From: Eledone cirrhosa
Lineage: Eukaryota
Assembly (NCBI GenBank): GCA_964016885.1
Contig: OZ024764.1
Coordinates: forward strand, 992,001-1,056,000
Reading direction: 5' to 3'
Length of the DNA stretch: 64,000 bases
Each line of letters begins with the position of its first letter. Within the stretch, counting starts at the first letter, position 1. Below the pieces are notes generated by a model. That model searched no databases. It was not told the origin of the DNA and worked only from the letters and a program-made list of their open reading frames with translations. Shown here piece after piece: positions 12,811-26,149 of this stretch. A program made the translations under genes and the position numbers.

Positions 12811-14500
12811 TCCAGGTATACATTATAGAGATAGTCTAGGGTACTAAATATGCAGGTACACATTGTAGAGATAGTCTAGGGTATTAAATACCCAGGTACA
12901 CATTGTAGAGCTACCCTAGGGTAATAAATACCCAGGTACACACTGTAGAGCTAGCCTAGGGTACTAAATACCCAGGTACACATTGTAGAGCTAGTCTAGG
13001 GTACTAAATACCCAGGTACACACTGTAGAGCTAACCTAGGGTACTAAATACCCAGGTACACATTGTAGAGCTAACCTAGGGTACTAAATACCCAGGTACA
13101 CATTGTAGAGCTAGACTAGGGTACTAAATACCCAGGTACACACTGTAGCGCTAACCTAGGGTACTAAATACCCAGGTACACATTGTAGAGCTAGTCTAGG
13201 GTACTAAATACCCAGGTACACACTGTAGAGCTAACCTAGGGTACTAAATACCCAGGTACACATTGTAGAGCTAACCTTGGGTACTAAATACCCAGGTACA
13301 CATTGTAGAGCTAGACTAGGGTACTAAATACCCAGGTACACACTGTAGAGCTAACCTAGGGTACTAAATACCCAGGTACACATTGTAGAGCTAACCTAGG
13401 GTACTAAATACCCAGGTACACATTGTAGAGCTAGACTAGGGTACTAAATACCCAGGTACACACTGTAGAGCTAACCTAGGGTACTAAATACCCAGGTACA
13501 CATTGTAGAGCTAACCTAGGGTACTAAATACCCAGGTACACATTGTAGAGCTAGACTAGGGTACTAAATACCCAGGTACACATTGTAGAGCTAGACTAGG
13601 GTACTAAATACCCAGGTACACACTGTAGAGCTAACCTAGGGTACTAAATACCCAGGTACACATTGTAGAGCTAACCTAGGGTACTAAATACCCAGGTACA
13701 CATTGTAGAGCTAGACTAGGGTACTAAATACCCAGGTACACACTGTAGAGCTAACCTAGGGTACTAAATACCCAGGTACACATTGTAGAGCTAACCTAGG
13801 GTACTAAATACCCAGGTACACATTGTAGAGCTAGACTAGGGTACTAAATACCCAGGTACACACTGTAGAGCTAACCTAGGGTACTAAATACCCAGGTACA
13901 CATTGTAGAGCTAACCTAGGGTACTAAATACCCAGGTACACATTGTAGAGCTAGACTAGGGTACTAAATACCCAGGTACACATTGTAGAGCTAGACTAGG
14001 GTACTAAATACCCAGGTACACACTGTAGAGCTAACCTAGGGTACTAAATACCCAGGTACACATTGTAGAGCTAACCTAGGGTACTAAATACCCAGGTACA
14101 CATTGTAGAGCTAGACTAGGGTACTAAATACCCAGGTACACACTGTAGAGCTAACCTAGGGTACTAAATACCCAGGTACACATTGTAGAGCTAACCTAGG
14201 GTACTAAATACCCAGGTACACATTGTAGAGCTAGACTAGGGTACTAAATACCCAGGTACACACTGTAGAGCTAACCTAGGGTACTAAATACCCAGGTACA
14301 CATTGTAGAGCTAACCTAGGGTACTAAATACCCAGGTACACATTGCAGAGCTAGCATAGGGTACTAAATACCCAGGTAGACATTGCAGAGCTAACCTAGG
14401 GTACTAAACACCCAGGTACACATTGTAGAGCTAGCCTAGGGTACTAAATACCCAGGTACACATTGTAGAGCTAGCCTAGGGTACTAAATACCCAGGTATA
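12811..14500. repeat. 40-bp satellite with a 120-bp (trimer) higher-order repeat
   Basis: Unit CCCAGGTACACATTGTAGAGCTAACCTAGGGTACTAAATA. Variants CACTG/CATTG and CTAAC/CTAGA cycle every 3 units. Confidence 0.95.
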
Positions 14501-14897
14501 CTACACAGGTGTGAAGCAGTCAGGATATATGGAAGGGTCACTAAAAGACTTCCTTATTGAGATTCTATTTTAGTTGTTTCAATCTTGATTGATTTATTGA
14601 TTTCTTGATGTCTAATGAATTTAGTGTTTATTTTGTTTCCCTTTTATGATAAACAGGATTTCCTTGCGCACATTTTGGTACACTCACACACACACACACA
14701 CACACACTGGTACAGTCACACACATACACACACACTGGTACAGTCACACACACAAACACTCTCTAACATTAGCGCAAACAGACATACAAACACACACACT
14801 CACTCACATTAGCACACTGAGATACACACATACACACACACACACAGATACAGATAGATACATACATACCAAGACACACACACACACATACATACAT

Positions 14898-15272
14898 GAA
14901 GAGGAGGAGGAAGAGGAGGAGGAGGAGGAGGAGGAGGAGGAGAAGAAGAAGAAGAAGAAGAAGAAGAAGAAGAAGAAGAAGAAGAAGGAAAAGAAGAAGT
15001 AGGAAAAGAAGAAGAAAAAGAAAAAGAAGAAAAAGAAGAAGGAAAAGAAGAAGAAGAAGAAGAAGAAGAAGAAGGAAAAGAAGAAGAAGAAGAAGAAGAA
15101 GGAAGAGAAGAAGAAAAAGAAGAAAAAGAAGAAGAAGAAGAAGCAGGAAAAGAAGAAGTAGGAAAAGAAGAAGAAAAAGACAAAGAAGAAAAAGAAAAAG
15201 AAGAAGCAGGTAAAGAAGAAGAAAAAGAAGAAGAAGGAAAAGAAGAAGAAGAAGAAGAAGAAGAAGAAGAAG
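14898..15272. repeat. (GAG)n/(GAA)n purine tract
   Basis: Direct reading; a similar tract lies at 44173-44540. Confidence 0.95.
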
Positions 15273-15494
15273 ACTATGTAGATATTGTTGATGAGGATCT
15301 GATGTGTTGAGGGAGGGGGGAGGGGGGGTGGGGGCAAGGAAGTAAACAGCAATATGAAGGTTAAACAACATGAACGGACCATGATACCCCCCCTCACTAC
15401 ATACCCTCTCCCCCTCCCTCCCAGACAATCTCATCAGTTTTCTGGAAGAGCAGAGAGGGAGGGCTGGGGCCTTGTGCTTGACTTCTATCACCTT

Positions 15495-16410
15495 AACCAC
15501 CACCACCCTACCACTACCACCACCACCACCACTACACCACTACCACCAACACTACACCACCACACCACTACACCACCACAACTACACCACCACCACCACT
15601 ACACCACCACAACCACTACACCACCACCACCACTACCACTACCACCACCACCACACCACCACTACATCACCACCACCACCACCACCCTACCACTACCACC
15701 ACCACCACCACTACACCACTACCACCAACACTACACCACCACACCACTACACCACTACCACTACACCACCACCACCACCACTACACCACCACCACCACTA
15801 CCACTACCACCACCACCACACCACCACTACATCACCACCACCACCACCACCACCACTACACCACTACCGCCACTACACCACTACACCACCACCACCACTA
15901 CACCACTACCACCAACACTACACCACTACACCACCACCACAACTACACCACCACCACCACAACCACTACACCACCGCCACCACTACACCACTACCACCAA
16001 CACTACACCACTACACCACCGCCACCACTACACCACCACCACCACTACACCACTACCACCAACACTACACCACTACACCACCACCACCACTACACCACTA
16101 CCACCACCACTACACCAGCACCACCACACCACCACCACCACTACACCACCACCACCACTACGCCACCACCACCACCACCACACCACTACACCACCACCGC
16201 CACCACTACTACTACTACCACTACACCACCACCACCACCACTACACCACCACCACCACTATGCCACCACCACCACCACCACACCACTACACCACTACCAC
16301 TACACCACCACCGCCACCACTACACCACCACCACCACTACTACTACCACTACACCACCACCACCACCACTACATCACCACCACCACACTACACCACCTCC
16401 ACCACTACAA
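15495..16410. repeat. (CAC)n/CACTAC low-complexity tract
   Basis: Direct reading. Confidence 0.95.
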
Positions 16411-17396
16411 GATCACTTTGCCCTTGTGAAAAGCTGTTCTCATTGGTGGAAAGTGGAGAGGTGTAACAGACATACCTTCAAAATCTCTTCATATATAACA
16501 CTAACATGTCACACATATTTCAAACATCCTTGTGTATATATATATACACACACACATATTATATATATATACTAGCAGAATGGCCCGGCGTTGCTCAGGA
16601 TTTGCTCCAGGGTTCTTATATATTTGATATATATTTATCCTTATCGAGCCTCGTGAAGTAAATACGTTTGTTTATATTTTGTTATTGTGTATGCAAAAAT
16701 ATCTGTACACAAATATGTAATTATATATATTTATATATATATATATATATATAACGAAGGAAATGTGGTAAGGAACCAGGTGGACCATAACGCACCAAAG
16801 TACTCAATACTTAGGGTAGTAGAGTGGGTAATAGGAACAAGTAAGACCCCAACTTGGGGTCTTACTTGTTCCTATATATATAAATTATTAAAAAAATAAT
16901 GAATAAACAAAGAAACAGTTCCTTATATTAAAAAAATAATATAAGGAACTGTTTCTTTGTTTATTCATTATTTTTTTTAATAATTTATCTTGACTCTGTT
17001 TTCCGTTAATTTTCACCGAAAGTAGTTTTTGAATGCATCTTCTCTTTTCATGATATCCGGATTACATTGAGTTCTTCATACGGATTGGACACTACCGTAA
17101 ACTTTTGGTAGATTTATCTACATATATATATATATATAAATTTGAAGACTAAATATATATATATATATATGTAAAACGTGTGTTGAAACCGATATTGTTA
17201 TACTTTGGGAGAGTCATGTTGCCAATAAGAAACACATGCACCAGTTGCTTTCACTTCAATTTATTATAATAAATTTATAAATTTAGGAATTTATAAATTT
17301 CCGGTTGGTTGGTTGGTTCCACAACCAGATAGTTGTTTATATATTGTCAAAGTTCTTTCGTCACACATGTGCTTCCATATATATATATATATATAA

Positions 17397-17788
17397 TGAA
17401 GGCACATGGCTTAGTGGTTAGAGCATTGGGCTTGCAATCGAAAGGTTGTGAGTTCAATTCTCAGACCGGGTGATGTTGTTTCCTTGAGCAAGACACTTTA
17501 TTTCACATTGCTCCAGTTTACTCAGTTGTAGAAATGAGATGATAGGGACTGGGGTCCCTATCATTCCACTGCAAAGTGGTCGTGGAGGTGCCACGGCAAA
17601 AAAGCACCCAGCCCTCACTGTAAATGAGGTTGGTGTTAGGAAGGGCATCCAGCTGTAGAAATCAAGCCAGAATCAGTTCCCGTATGAGCAAGACAAGGTC
17701 AGCCGACTGGACACTGCTCACAACAGGACAACCCGTCTAACCCATGCTAGCGTGGAAGAACGAACGTAAAACGGTGATGATGATGATG
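17397..17788 (+). mobile_element. Full-length tRNA-derived SINE with the alternative (type B) RTE tail
   Basis: A box TGGCTTAGTGG, B box GAGTTCAATTC, then TCCTTGAGCAAGACACTTT, one 49-bp unit, TAGGAAGGGCATCCAG, and tail ...CCCATGCTAGCGTGGAAG...(GAT)n. Confidence 0.88.
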
Positions 17789-17909
17789 TATGTATATATA
17801 TATATAGAGAGAGAGAAGGTAGTCCAAATTATATAACAGCGAACGAAAATGACCATTAGTGGAATAAATATTCCTTTACAGGAGAGACTTATATATATAT
17901 ATATATATA

Positions 17910-18092
17910 TAACGGAATAAATGTGGTAAGGAACCAGGTGGACTATAACGCACCAAAGTACTCAATACTTAGGGTAGTAGAGTGGGTAATAGGAACGAGT
18001 AGGACCCCGACGGCTGAGCTTTTTTTTTTCGTTTAGTCCAGAATTAGCCGTCGAAACGGTTTGAGCTCAGCTGTCGGGGTCCTACTCGTTTC
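17910..18092. mobile_element. Non-autonomous PLE-like cassette carrying a 3' half hammerhead, as an inverted pair
   Basis: GAAACGGTTTGAGCTCAGCTGTC|GGGG gives GAAA, stem III and GUC. Other copies at 16752-16860, 23920-24040, 24475-24620 and 27913-28130, all in (TA)n. Confidence 0.6.
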
Positions 18093-18124
<32 letters not shown>

Positions 18125-18245
18125 AATAAATGCAGTAATTCCGTCGGAAAAGTCCAGGAAAAAAGAGTGCTCTATGTAGCCTCACTTTCATATAGATTGC
18201 ATTTTTGTTTTTAAAATCCAACGTCAATAAATACGCCAGGATTTT

Positions 18246-18304
18246 TTCATTCTGATGATTGAAAGCAACATTTTTTTGCTTTTAAGAAACCACTGGTAAA
18301 TGAA
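18246..18304 (+). ncRNA. Type I hammerhead ribozyme
   Basis: TTCATT-CTGATGA-TTGAAAGCAA(loop)TTGCTTTTAA-GAAA-CCACTGG-TA-AATGAA. Stems I, II and III all pair; GUA cleavage triplet. Confidence 0.85.
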
Positions 18305-18397
18305 ATAATTGCCTTATGTTGTTTATTACATAACTATACATATATATATGTTGACTATGAACTATGAATTTGTTTTAATATTGCCAGAAATAATAAC

Positions 18398-18633
18398 AGA
18401 ACACACTCACTGTTTGGGTTGGTTCTCACTTCTGTATCTTTTACATCTCCATAGTTACTTTATCTGGCAATCAATGATTGTCATTGATTGACCAAGGGTT
18501 AAAAAGGCTATATATATATATTTTTAACCGTTGGTCAATCAATGATAAACATTGATTACCAGATAAATTAACTATGGAGATGTAAAAGATAGAGAAGTGA
18601 GAACCAACCCAAACCAAACAGTGAGTGTGTTCT
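18398..18633. repeat. ~108-bp inverted repeat around a (TA)n spacer
   Basis: 18398-18505 is the reverse complement of 18521-18633. Confidence 0.85.
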
Positions 18634-19202
18634 GAGAGGGTTGGACGCCTGTGCCTCCATTTATATATATATATGTATGTATGTATATATGTATGTATGT
18701 ATTTATATATGCATGAATGTATATATATATATATATATATTGGTAAACGGAATAGAAAATGCTGACAAATTGTTCACAGTTGAAAAATGGTTTAATTAGG
18801 AATAAAAGAGTATTAGTGATTGTATGGGTTAGTATTCAGTTGTGGTTTTAAGTTTTTAACTTTTTACCGGTTGCGCATTTCTAAATGCTTTTCAAAAATA
18901 ATTTTGAGATAGAGTGTCCGTGCTGTTTGCTCTGATCTGATTAGTTTTGGGAATTCTACCTGTTTTTATGTTAAAAAAGTGGCTCCAGCGTTATTTTTGT
19001 GTTGCAAAAATGCTTGTGGTCAAAACAATTTTGATTGGTCGGTAGAGGTCATGTGAATGTAAAAAGTTGATTTTGCGCCAAGACTGTTTTTATGTTAAAA
19101 TGTTAAAAAAGTGGCTCCAGCAAAAATTCTTGGTCAAAACAATTTTGATTGGTCGGTAGAGGTCATGTGGATAAAAAATTGGTTTTGCGCCAAGATTGAG
19201 AA

Positions 19203-19733
19203 ATGACTCTTTCACAACAAATTCTACGAACACACGATATCATAAAGAGCAAAAGACAATCCAAGTCAATGAAAAACATCTTAACACATGCCAAAGTACT
19301 GCCAACCACAACAACGAAACCCACAGTAAAAAAATGCGATAGACCCAACTGTGGCATTTGCATCAACCTAATAGAGGGTTCGGAATTCTATTTCAAAGAT
19401 GGACAACGTTTTATAGTAAAACACAATTTCACATGTGCATCGGAAAATCTAATATATGTATTAACTTGTTCAGGTTGTCGAGAACAATACATAGGCCAGA
19501 CCAAAAACAGCCTCCGCCAACGCATGACTGTCCATAGATCCCAAATTAAAATACGGGAATACAGGAAAATACCACTGAGTGAACACATTGATACCTGTGC
19601 CGCCCAAAATCATCCCAACTTCAGAATCTTTCCCCTCTACAAATTTAAAGATAATGCCACCCACACCCAGCGCATCAGCAAAGAATCTTACTTCATAAAC
19701 AAATACGGACCCCGCCTAAACACTTCTCCCTAA
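19203..19733 (+). pseudogene. PLE GIY-YIG endonuclease domain (C-terminal remnant, RT missing)
   Basis: Linker CDRPNCGIC (Cx4Cx2C), NLIYVLTCSGCREQYIGQT (GIY-YIG with CxxC), RMTVH...LSEH (CCHH finger), E..FI.KYGPRLN. Confidence 0.9.
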
Positions 19734-20309
19734 GACGAACCCACAACATACACACGTCAACATACATACCTACATCAGCACACATCTCTACCCACATATA
19801 AACACAATGACACACGTAAACACACATGCTCTATGGTGCAATACAAAAAAATATATGTGCATATATATGTATGTATATATGTATATATATATATATATAT
19901 ATATGTAGTGAATATATGTATGTGTATATATATATAGTGAATATCATTTCACACCTTTTATTGTTAAGATTTTTGATATTCTATTAAAAGAACCGATTTT
20001 ACTGAAAAAATCGAATAATGTACACCATTTTACCAGGGGGAAAAAAATACTGGTCCACCCACCCACACACACACACACATATATACACAAACACACACAC
20101 ACGCGTACATCAACATACAAAGAGACTTATACACACACAGACACACACACACGCACTTCTCCGTATAAGACAAAAGCTGAAAAATATCTTTTGACCTTCG
20201 AATGACTCTGCTATATATATACACACACACACACACTTATCTTAATAGCCATTTGACACACATCGCTGCTGGCCATTGTCGCAGCATCGAACACCTTACT
20301 ACTACTACT

Positions 20310-20363
<54 letters not shown>

Positions 20364-20701
20364 ACACACACACACATATTTGTTGTGAAAGAGTCATTTC
20401 TCAATCTTGGCGCAAAACCAATTTTTTATCCACATGACCTCTACCGACCAATCAAAATTGTTTTGACCAAGAATTTTTGCTGGAGCCACTTTTTTAACAT
20501 TTTAACATAAAAACAGTCTTGGCGCAAAATCAACTTTTTACATTCACATGACCTCTACCGACCAATCAAAATTGTTTTGACCACAAGCATTTTTGCAACA
20601 CAAAAATAACGCTGGAGCCACTTTTTTAACATAAAAACAGGTAGAATTCCCAAAACTAATCAGATCAGAGCAAACAGCACGGACACTCTATCTCAAAATT
20701 A

Positions 20702-20738
20702 TTTTTGAAAAGCATTTAGAAATGCGCAACCGGTAAAA
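20702..20738 (+). ncRNA. Degenerate hammerhead (U3-A8 core, GCAA in place of GAAA) in the PLE pLTR; mirror copy at ~18862-18898 (-)
   Basis: TTT-TTGAAAA-GCATT(TAGA)AATGC-GCAA-CCGG-TA-AAA; same layout as the intact motif at 24362. Confidence 0.5.
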
Positions 20739-21261
20739 AGTTAAAAACTTAAAACCACAACTGAATACTAACCCATACAATCACTAATACTCTTTTATTT
20801 CTAATTAAACCATTTTTCAACTGTGAACAATTTGTCAGCATTTTCTATTCCGTTTACCAATATATAATAACTTGTGTGTTACACCTCTATTCTTTTAACT
20901 ATATATATATATATATATACTGTATATATATATATAGAAACAAAGTGATATATATATATAAATAAAATAATACAAGACTATATATATATATATATTGTTA
21001 TACTTTGGGTGGGTCATGCTACCAATAAAAACACCAGCATCTGTAGGTTTTCACTTCAATTTATTATAAATTTCTTGTTTGGTTGGTTCAATAACCGGAT
21101 GCTTGTTTATATATTGTCAAAGCTCCTTTGTCACACATTCTGTGACCTCCTCACCATGACCCTCCCAAACTGCAACAATATCTGTTTCAATGCACGTTTT
21201 CAGATAAGAAATCTTGCAAAACAAATATATATATATATTCATACACACATATATATATACA

Positions 21262-21305
<44 letters not shown>

Positions 21306-21470
21306 TATGTACACGTACATACATATATGTATACCGACGTACAGTAGTATGTATATATATATATACATACATGCACACATATATACATATATGTATGTAC
21401 GTGTACATACTTATATTTAAGTAACAGCCGTACTAAGAGTGGGAAATGAAATATCGTTTCATTTTTTTCC

Positions 21471-21525
<55 letters not shown>

Positions 21526-21555
21526 TATATATATGTATATATATATATATATATT

Positions 21556-22995
21556 TGAAAAAAAAGGAAAAGAATGACTTCACTTGTAGTGTTAAACATT
21601 TTTTTTTTAATTTAATTTTACTAGCAGTGGTACCCAGCGTTGCACGGGATAAGGTATTGTGAAATATATAACCGCCTTAGCTAAGCTTAGTAATGCCACA
21701 ACCGCGGCTGGCAAAGAAGTAAGGGTCTGGTGGTACGTAAGTAAGCAACACTGTGGCTTAAAACGTGAGGAAGAAGTTGTGTGCACTTACCAACTGTTTG
21801 GGGAATGAGTGTGAGATTTGTCTTGAGCAAGGGTGGCAGAATAACCGGAGGCAGCAGACAGCCAGACATACAGACAGATATTATAAGGGCGCATTCTGGA
21901 CGCAGACGGAATTGTGGGAAGTGACGTAATGCAGACAGCCAGACATACAGACAGATATTATAAGGGCGCGATCTGAATGCAGAGGGAATTGTAGGAAGTG
22001 ACGTAATGCAGACAGCCAGACATACAGACAGATATTATAAGGGCACGACGTTATATGTATGTATCTATCTAAAAAGAGAAAGACTAAGAATTATATAGAG
22101 AGATCGCTAAATCGCCTAATGCGGTCCCTAGGGCATTGAAAATTTGAAATTTTCTTGGCTCAGAACACTCCCTGAAACATAAGTATTACATGTGTAAAGT
22201 TTGAAAACAGTCGGTTGGGTGCTTCTCTAGTTTTAGGGATTCAAACTCACACACACACACAGACATTCTCTGTTTTATATTTATAGACTAGCAGAAAACC
22301 ACGCGGGGGCGGTTTTCTGCTAGTCTATATATCTAAAACAGAGAATGTCTGTCTGTCTGTCAGCTCACTACAACTTGAGAACCATCCAACCGATTGTTTT
22401 CAAACTTTAGACATGTAATACTTATGGTCCTGTGAGTGTTTTGAGCAAAAATTATTTCAAATTTTCAATGCCCTAGGGACCGCATTAGGCGATTTAGCGT
22501 TCTCTATAATTCTATAATTAGTCTCTCTATAATTCTTAGTCTTTCTTTTTAGATAGATACATAGATATAACGTTGCGCCCTTATAATATCTGTCTGTATG
22601 TCTGGCTGTCTGCATTACGTCATTATGACGCGCTCAGCGCGATTCCCTCGGCCTCAGTGACCAAAGTCAGTGGAGAGGGGAAGGTAATGTTTCTGTAGCA
22701 CGTGTTTTAGCGTCTATTCACTCTCTCTCTCTCTCCCTCTCTCCCTCCCTCTATCCCCCTCTCGTAGTCTGTCTCTTTCTTTCACTCTCACTCTCTCTCT
22801 ACGCACGTGTTTCCACTGTCGGACAGACAGACAGAGAAATTGCTGGTTATATATATAAGTAGATAATATAATAATATTATGAGTTGGTAGATCAACCAAC
22901 TCATAATATTATTATATTATAATATTATAAAATTAAATTTTAAAAAAATGTTTAACACTACAAGTGAAGTCATTCTTTTACTTTTTTTCAAATAT
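21556..22995. mobile_element. Large imperfect palindrome of Helitron/Helentron-like non-autonomous elements
   Basis: Outer inverted repeat 21556-21618/22928-22995; inner arms ~21995-22300/22310-22625. Starts ACTAGCAG..CCC.GCGTTGC.CGGG, also at 16571 and, more loosely, 53036. CAGACAGA subrepeats. Confidence 0.6.
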
Positions 22996-23023
22996 ACCTA
23001 ACTTACCAAGGATCTCACATTTC

Positions 23024-23091
<68 letters not shown>

Positions 23092-23179
23092 TTCAGAGAG
23101 AGAGAAACAAATAAGGAAAAAAATATATTTTTCTTCCTCATAATTGTCTCTTTCTCCCTGTTTTCATATATATATATAA

Positions 23180-23566
23180 AAAAAAAGGAACAATCGACTT
23201 TCGTCAAATCGGACTGAGGGAACAATGTTTCCGTTGGTCTTTCCAATTGCTAATACTATCTATCGGTTGCAACTCCAGGTAGAAGGAGCAACGTGAAGTA
23301 AAGTGTCTTGCTCAAGGACATAACGCATCGCCTGGTCCAGGAATCGAACTCACAACCTTACGATTGCGAATACAATTCTCTAACCACTCAGCCACACGCC
23401 TTCGATTCCTGGACCAGGCGATGCGTTATGTCCTTGAGCAAGACACTTTACTTCACGTTGCTCCTTCTACCTGGAGTTGCGACCGATAGATAGTATTAGC
23501 AATTGGAAAGACCAACGGAAACATTGTTCCCTCGGTCCGATTTGACGAAGTCGATCGTTCCTTTTC
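23180..23566 (-). mobile_element. tRNA-derived SINE (23180-23400, minus) joined head-to-head to an inverted 5'-truncated copy (23401-23566)
   Basis: Minus-strand head GGCGTGTGGCTGAGTGGTTAGAG...GAGTTCGATTCCTGG. The plus copy restarts at TTCGATTCCTGG. Both ends run into (TA)n; no (GAT)n tail. Confidence 0.85.
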
Positions 23567-23615
23567 ATATATATATATATATATGTATATATATGTATAT
23601 ATATGTATATATATG

Positions 23616-23646
<31 letters not shown>

Positions 23647-23727
23647 ATATATGTGTACATAAATATATATATATATATATGTACGTATTTATGTATGTAT
23701 ATATATATGTATATATATGTATATATA

Positions 23728-23786
<59 letters not shown>

Positions 23787-23807
23787 TTATATATATATAT
23801 ATGTATT

Positions 23808-23855
<48 letters not shown>

Positions 23856-23870
23856 AAAGAATAGAGGTGA

Positions 23871-23922
<52 letters not shown>

Positions 23923-24037
23923 AATGAGTAGGACCCCGACGGCTGAGCTCAAGCCTTTTCGACAGCTATTTCTGGACTAAGTATTGAGTACTTTGGTGCG
24001 TTATGGTCCATCTGGTTCCATACCACATTTCCTTCGT

Positions 24038-24094
<57 letters not shown>

Positions 24095-24361
24095 TTATAT
24101 ATATATATGTGCATGTATTTATATATGTATTTATATATGTATATATGTATGAATATATGTATGCATGTATATATGCTTGTATACATGTATGTGTATACGT
24201 AAGTATCTGTATATATATATATATATTAGAAAGTGAGGTTTTTTTACAAAATGAAAAATAACCGAGGTGTCCTACACGAGTGGAAGTATAAAGAGAAAAA
24301 AGATGAAATCGAAAATGTAACTGGAGTCTTATTTAAAAAAAATATATATATATATTTGGTT

Positions 24362-24399
24362 CCTTTACCGGTTTCGCAGTTCTTCTGCTTTTCAAAAGG
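24362..24399 (-). ncRNA. Minimal type I hammerhead ribozyme, U3-A8 core variant
   Basis: Minus strand CCTT-TTGAAAA-GCAG(AAGAA)CTGC-GAAA-CCGG-TA-AAGG; palindromic stem III. Confidence 0.8.
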
Positions 24400-24639
24400 T
24401 GAGTTGAGATGGAGGGTCTGTGGTTTTTCTCACATCTATATATATATGTGTGTGTATATATATATATATATATATAACAAAGGAAGTGTGGTGAGGAACC
24501 AGATGGACCATAACGCACCAGAGTACTCAATACTTAGGGTAGTAGAGTGGGTAATAGGAAAGTGTTTGACTCCGACGGCAGAGTTCAAGCCGTTTCGACG
24601 GTTATTTCTGGACTAGTCCATATATATGTATGTGTGTGT

Positions 24640-25670
24640 GTATATTAAGTTGAGGTGGTGCTATTAAGTTAGACATGGCCTGGGCCAATAATTTTGGAGA
24701 TATAAAATGCAGGTGGGTGCTATAGAAGTGGTTCATAGCTTCCGGTACCTAAGTGATCAGATTATCATGGGAGCAGGGGTGTTCCGAGGCCATAGTATCT
24801 AGAATAAGGACGGGTTGGAAGAAGTTTAGGAAGCTACTTCTTCTGTTGACAAAGAAGGGTTTCTCCCTGCGTATGAAAGGCCGGTTATATGATGCCTGTG
24901 TGAGATACTCGATGCTGCATGGTAGTGAGACATGGGCAGCAACTGTGGAGGATATGTGATGGCTGGAGAGTAATGAAGCAAGCATGCTCCGTTGGATGTG
25001 CAATGTCAATGTGCGTGAATGACCAAGCATAGATGAGTTGAGAAAGAAACTGGGTATAAGAGGGATAAGTTGTAGTGTGTGGGAGAGAAGACTGAGATGG
25101 TATGGACATGTGATGTGTTGAGAGAGAAACTGTGTATAAGAGGGATAAGTTGTAGTGTGTGGGAGAGAAGACTGAGATGGTATGGACATGTGATGTGTTG
25201 AGAGAGAAACTGGGTATAAGAGGGATAAGTTGTAGTGTGTGGGAGAGAAGACTGCGATGGTATGGACATGTGGTGTGTTGAGAGAGAAACTAGGTATAAG
25301 AGGGATAAGTTGTGGTGTGTGGGAGAGAAGACTGAGATGGTATGGACATGTGGTGTGTTGAGAGAGTAACTGTGTTTAAGAGGGATAAGTTGTAGTGTGT
25401 GGGAGAGAAGACTGAGATGGTATGGACATGTGGTGTACATGGAGGATGACTGCTGGGTGAAGAAGTGCCAAGAAATCCCAGTGGAAGGAAGACGCAGTAG
25501 AGGAAGACCACGAAAAACATGGGCGGAGGTGGTGAGAACAGACCTCAGATCGCTGAAGCTCACCGAGGAGATGATGAAGGTCCGTGACAAGTGGAGAGAT
25601 GCTGTGCTGAATAGGACCCGTGCCACCCTTGCAAACAGGGAAAAGCGGACGTAAAATGATGATGATGATG
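24640..25670 (+). mobile_element. 5'-truncated RTE LINE with an internal 60-bp tandem expansion
   Basis: IEVVHSFRYL..., KGRLYDACVRYSMLHGSETW, ERRLRWYGHV, EGRRSRGRPRKTW; tail GGAAAAGCGGACGTAAAA(TGA)n. 60-bp unit repeated 6-7 times at ~25040-25435. Confidence 0.92.
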
Positions 25671-25723
<53 letters not shown>

Positions 25724-25760
25724 TGTCTGTGTGTGTGTGTGTATAGACATGGAAAGTTAC

Positions 25761-25793
<33 letters not shown>

Positions 25794-25837
25794 TAATTCA
25801 AAATAGTAATAAATATAGACATTCATGTGATTAAATA

Positions 25838-25905
25838 TATTTTATTATATATATATTTCAGAGGTACTGTGCTGTTTCCTCAGTACGTCCTCATCAGATA
25901 AAATA
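25838..25905 (-). ncRNA. Type I hammerhead ribozyme (inverted copy)
   Basis: Reverse complement of 25941-26008. Confidence 0.8.
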
Positions 25906-25940
25906 AATTGATGTCAGTCAAGGTATGTCAGACATCAATT

Positions 25941-26008
25941 TATTTTATCTGATGAGGACGTACCGAGGAAACAGCACAGTACCTCTGAAATATATATATA
26001 ATAAAATA
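25941..26008 (+). ncRNA. Type I hammerhead ribozyme
   Basis: TATTTTAT-CTGATGA-GGACGTAC...GTACCTCT-GAAA-TATATATA-TA-ATAAAATA; 8-bp stem I and palindromic stem III. Confidence 0.82.
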
Positions 26009-26149
26009 TATTTAATCACGTGAATGTCTATATTTATTAATATTTTGAATTAATATTAATAACTCCAGAAAACCTCACTGTTGAGTGCTTCTAATCTATT
26101 GTAAAACTATATTCATTGATTAATCAATGAACCTTGTTTAACTTTTGGT

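Larger units (their letters stand above)
18740..20860 (+). mobile_element. 5'-truncated Penelope-like element (Neptune/Naiad type) with an upstream inverted pLTR copy
   Basis: 18740-19222 is a near-perfect reverse complement of 20378-20860, with a GIY-YIG ORF between them. Flanked by (TA)n. An inverted upstream pLTR is a known PLE architecture. Confidence 0.85.

Noticed and set aside
12811-14500. CRISPR-like regular arrays
   Set aside because: Units are head-to-tail with no unique spacers, there are no cas genes, and the context is eukaryotic.
16465-16520. Candidate non-coding first exon of TAT (minus-strand GAAG|gtatgt)
   Set aside because: A donor-like motif alone is insufficient without transcript data.
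15354-16575. Pro/His/Thr-rich extensin-like ORFs (also 3356-4222, 38935-40637) and poly-K/YI ORFs
   Set aside because: These are microsatellite translations with no splice or homology support.
17397-17470. tRNA genes (also 23330-23400, 36170-36248, 56215-56290)
   Set aside because: The A/B boxes continue into SINE bodies and no complete cloverleaf is evident.
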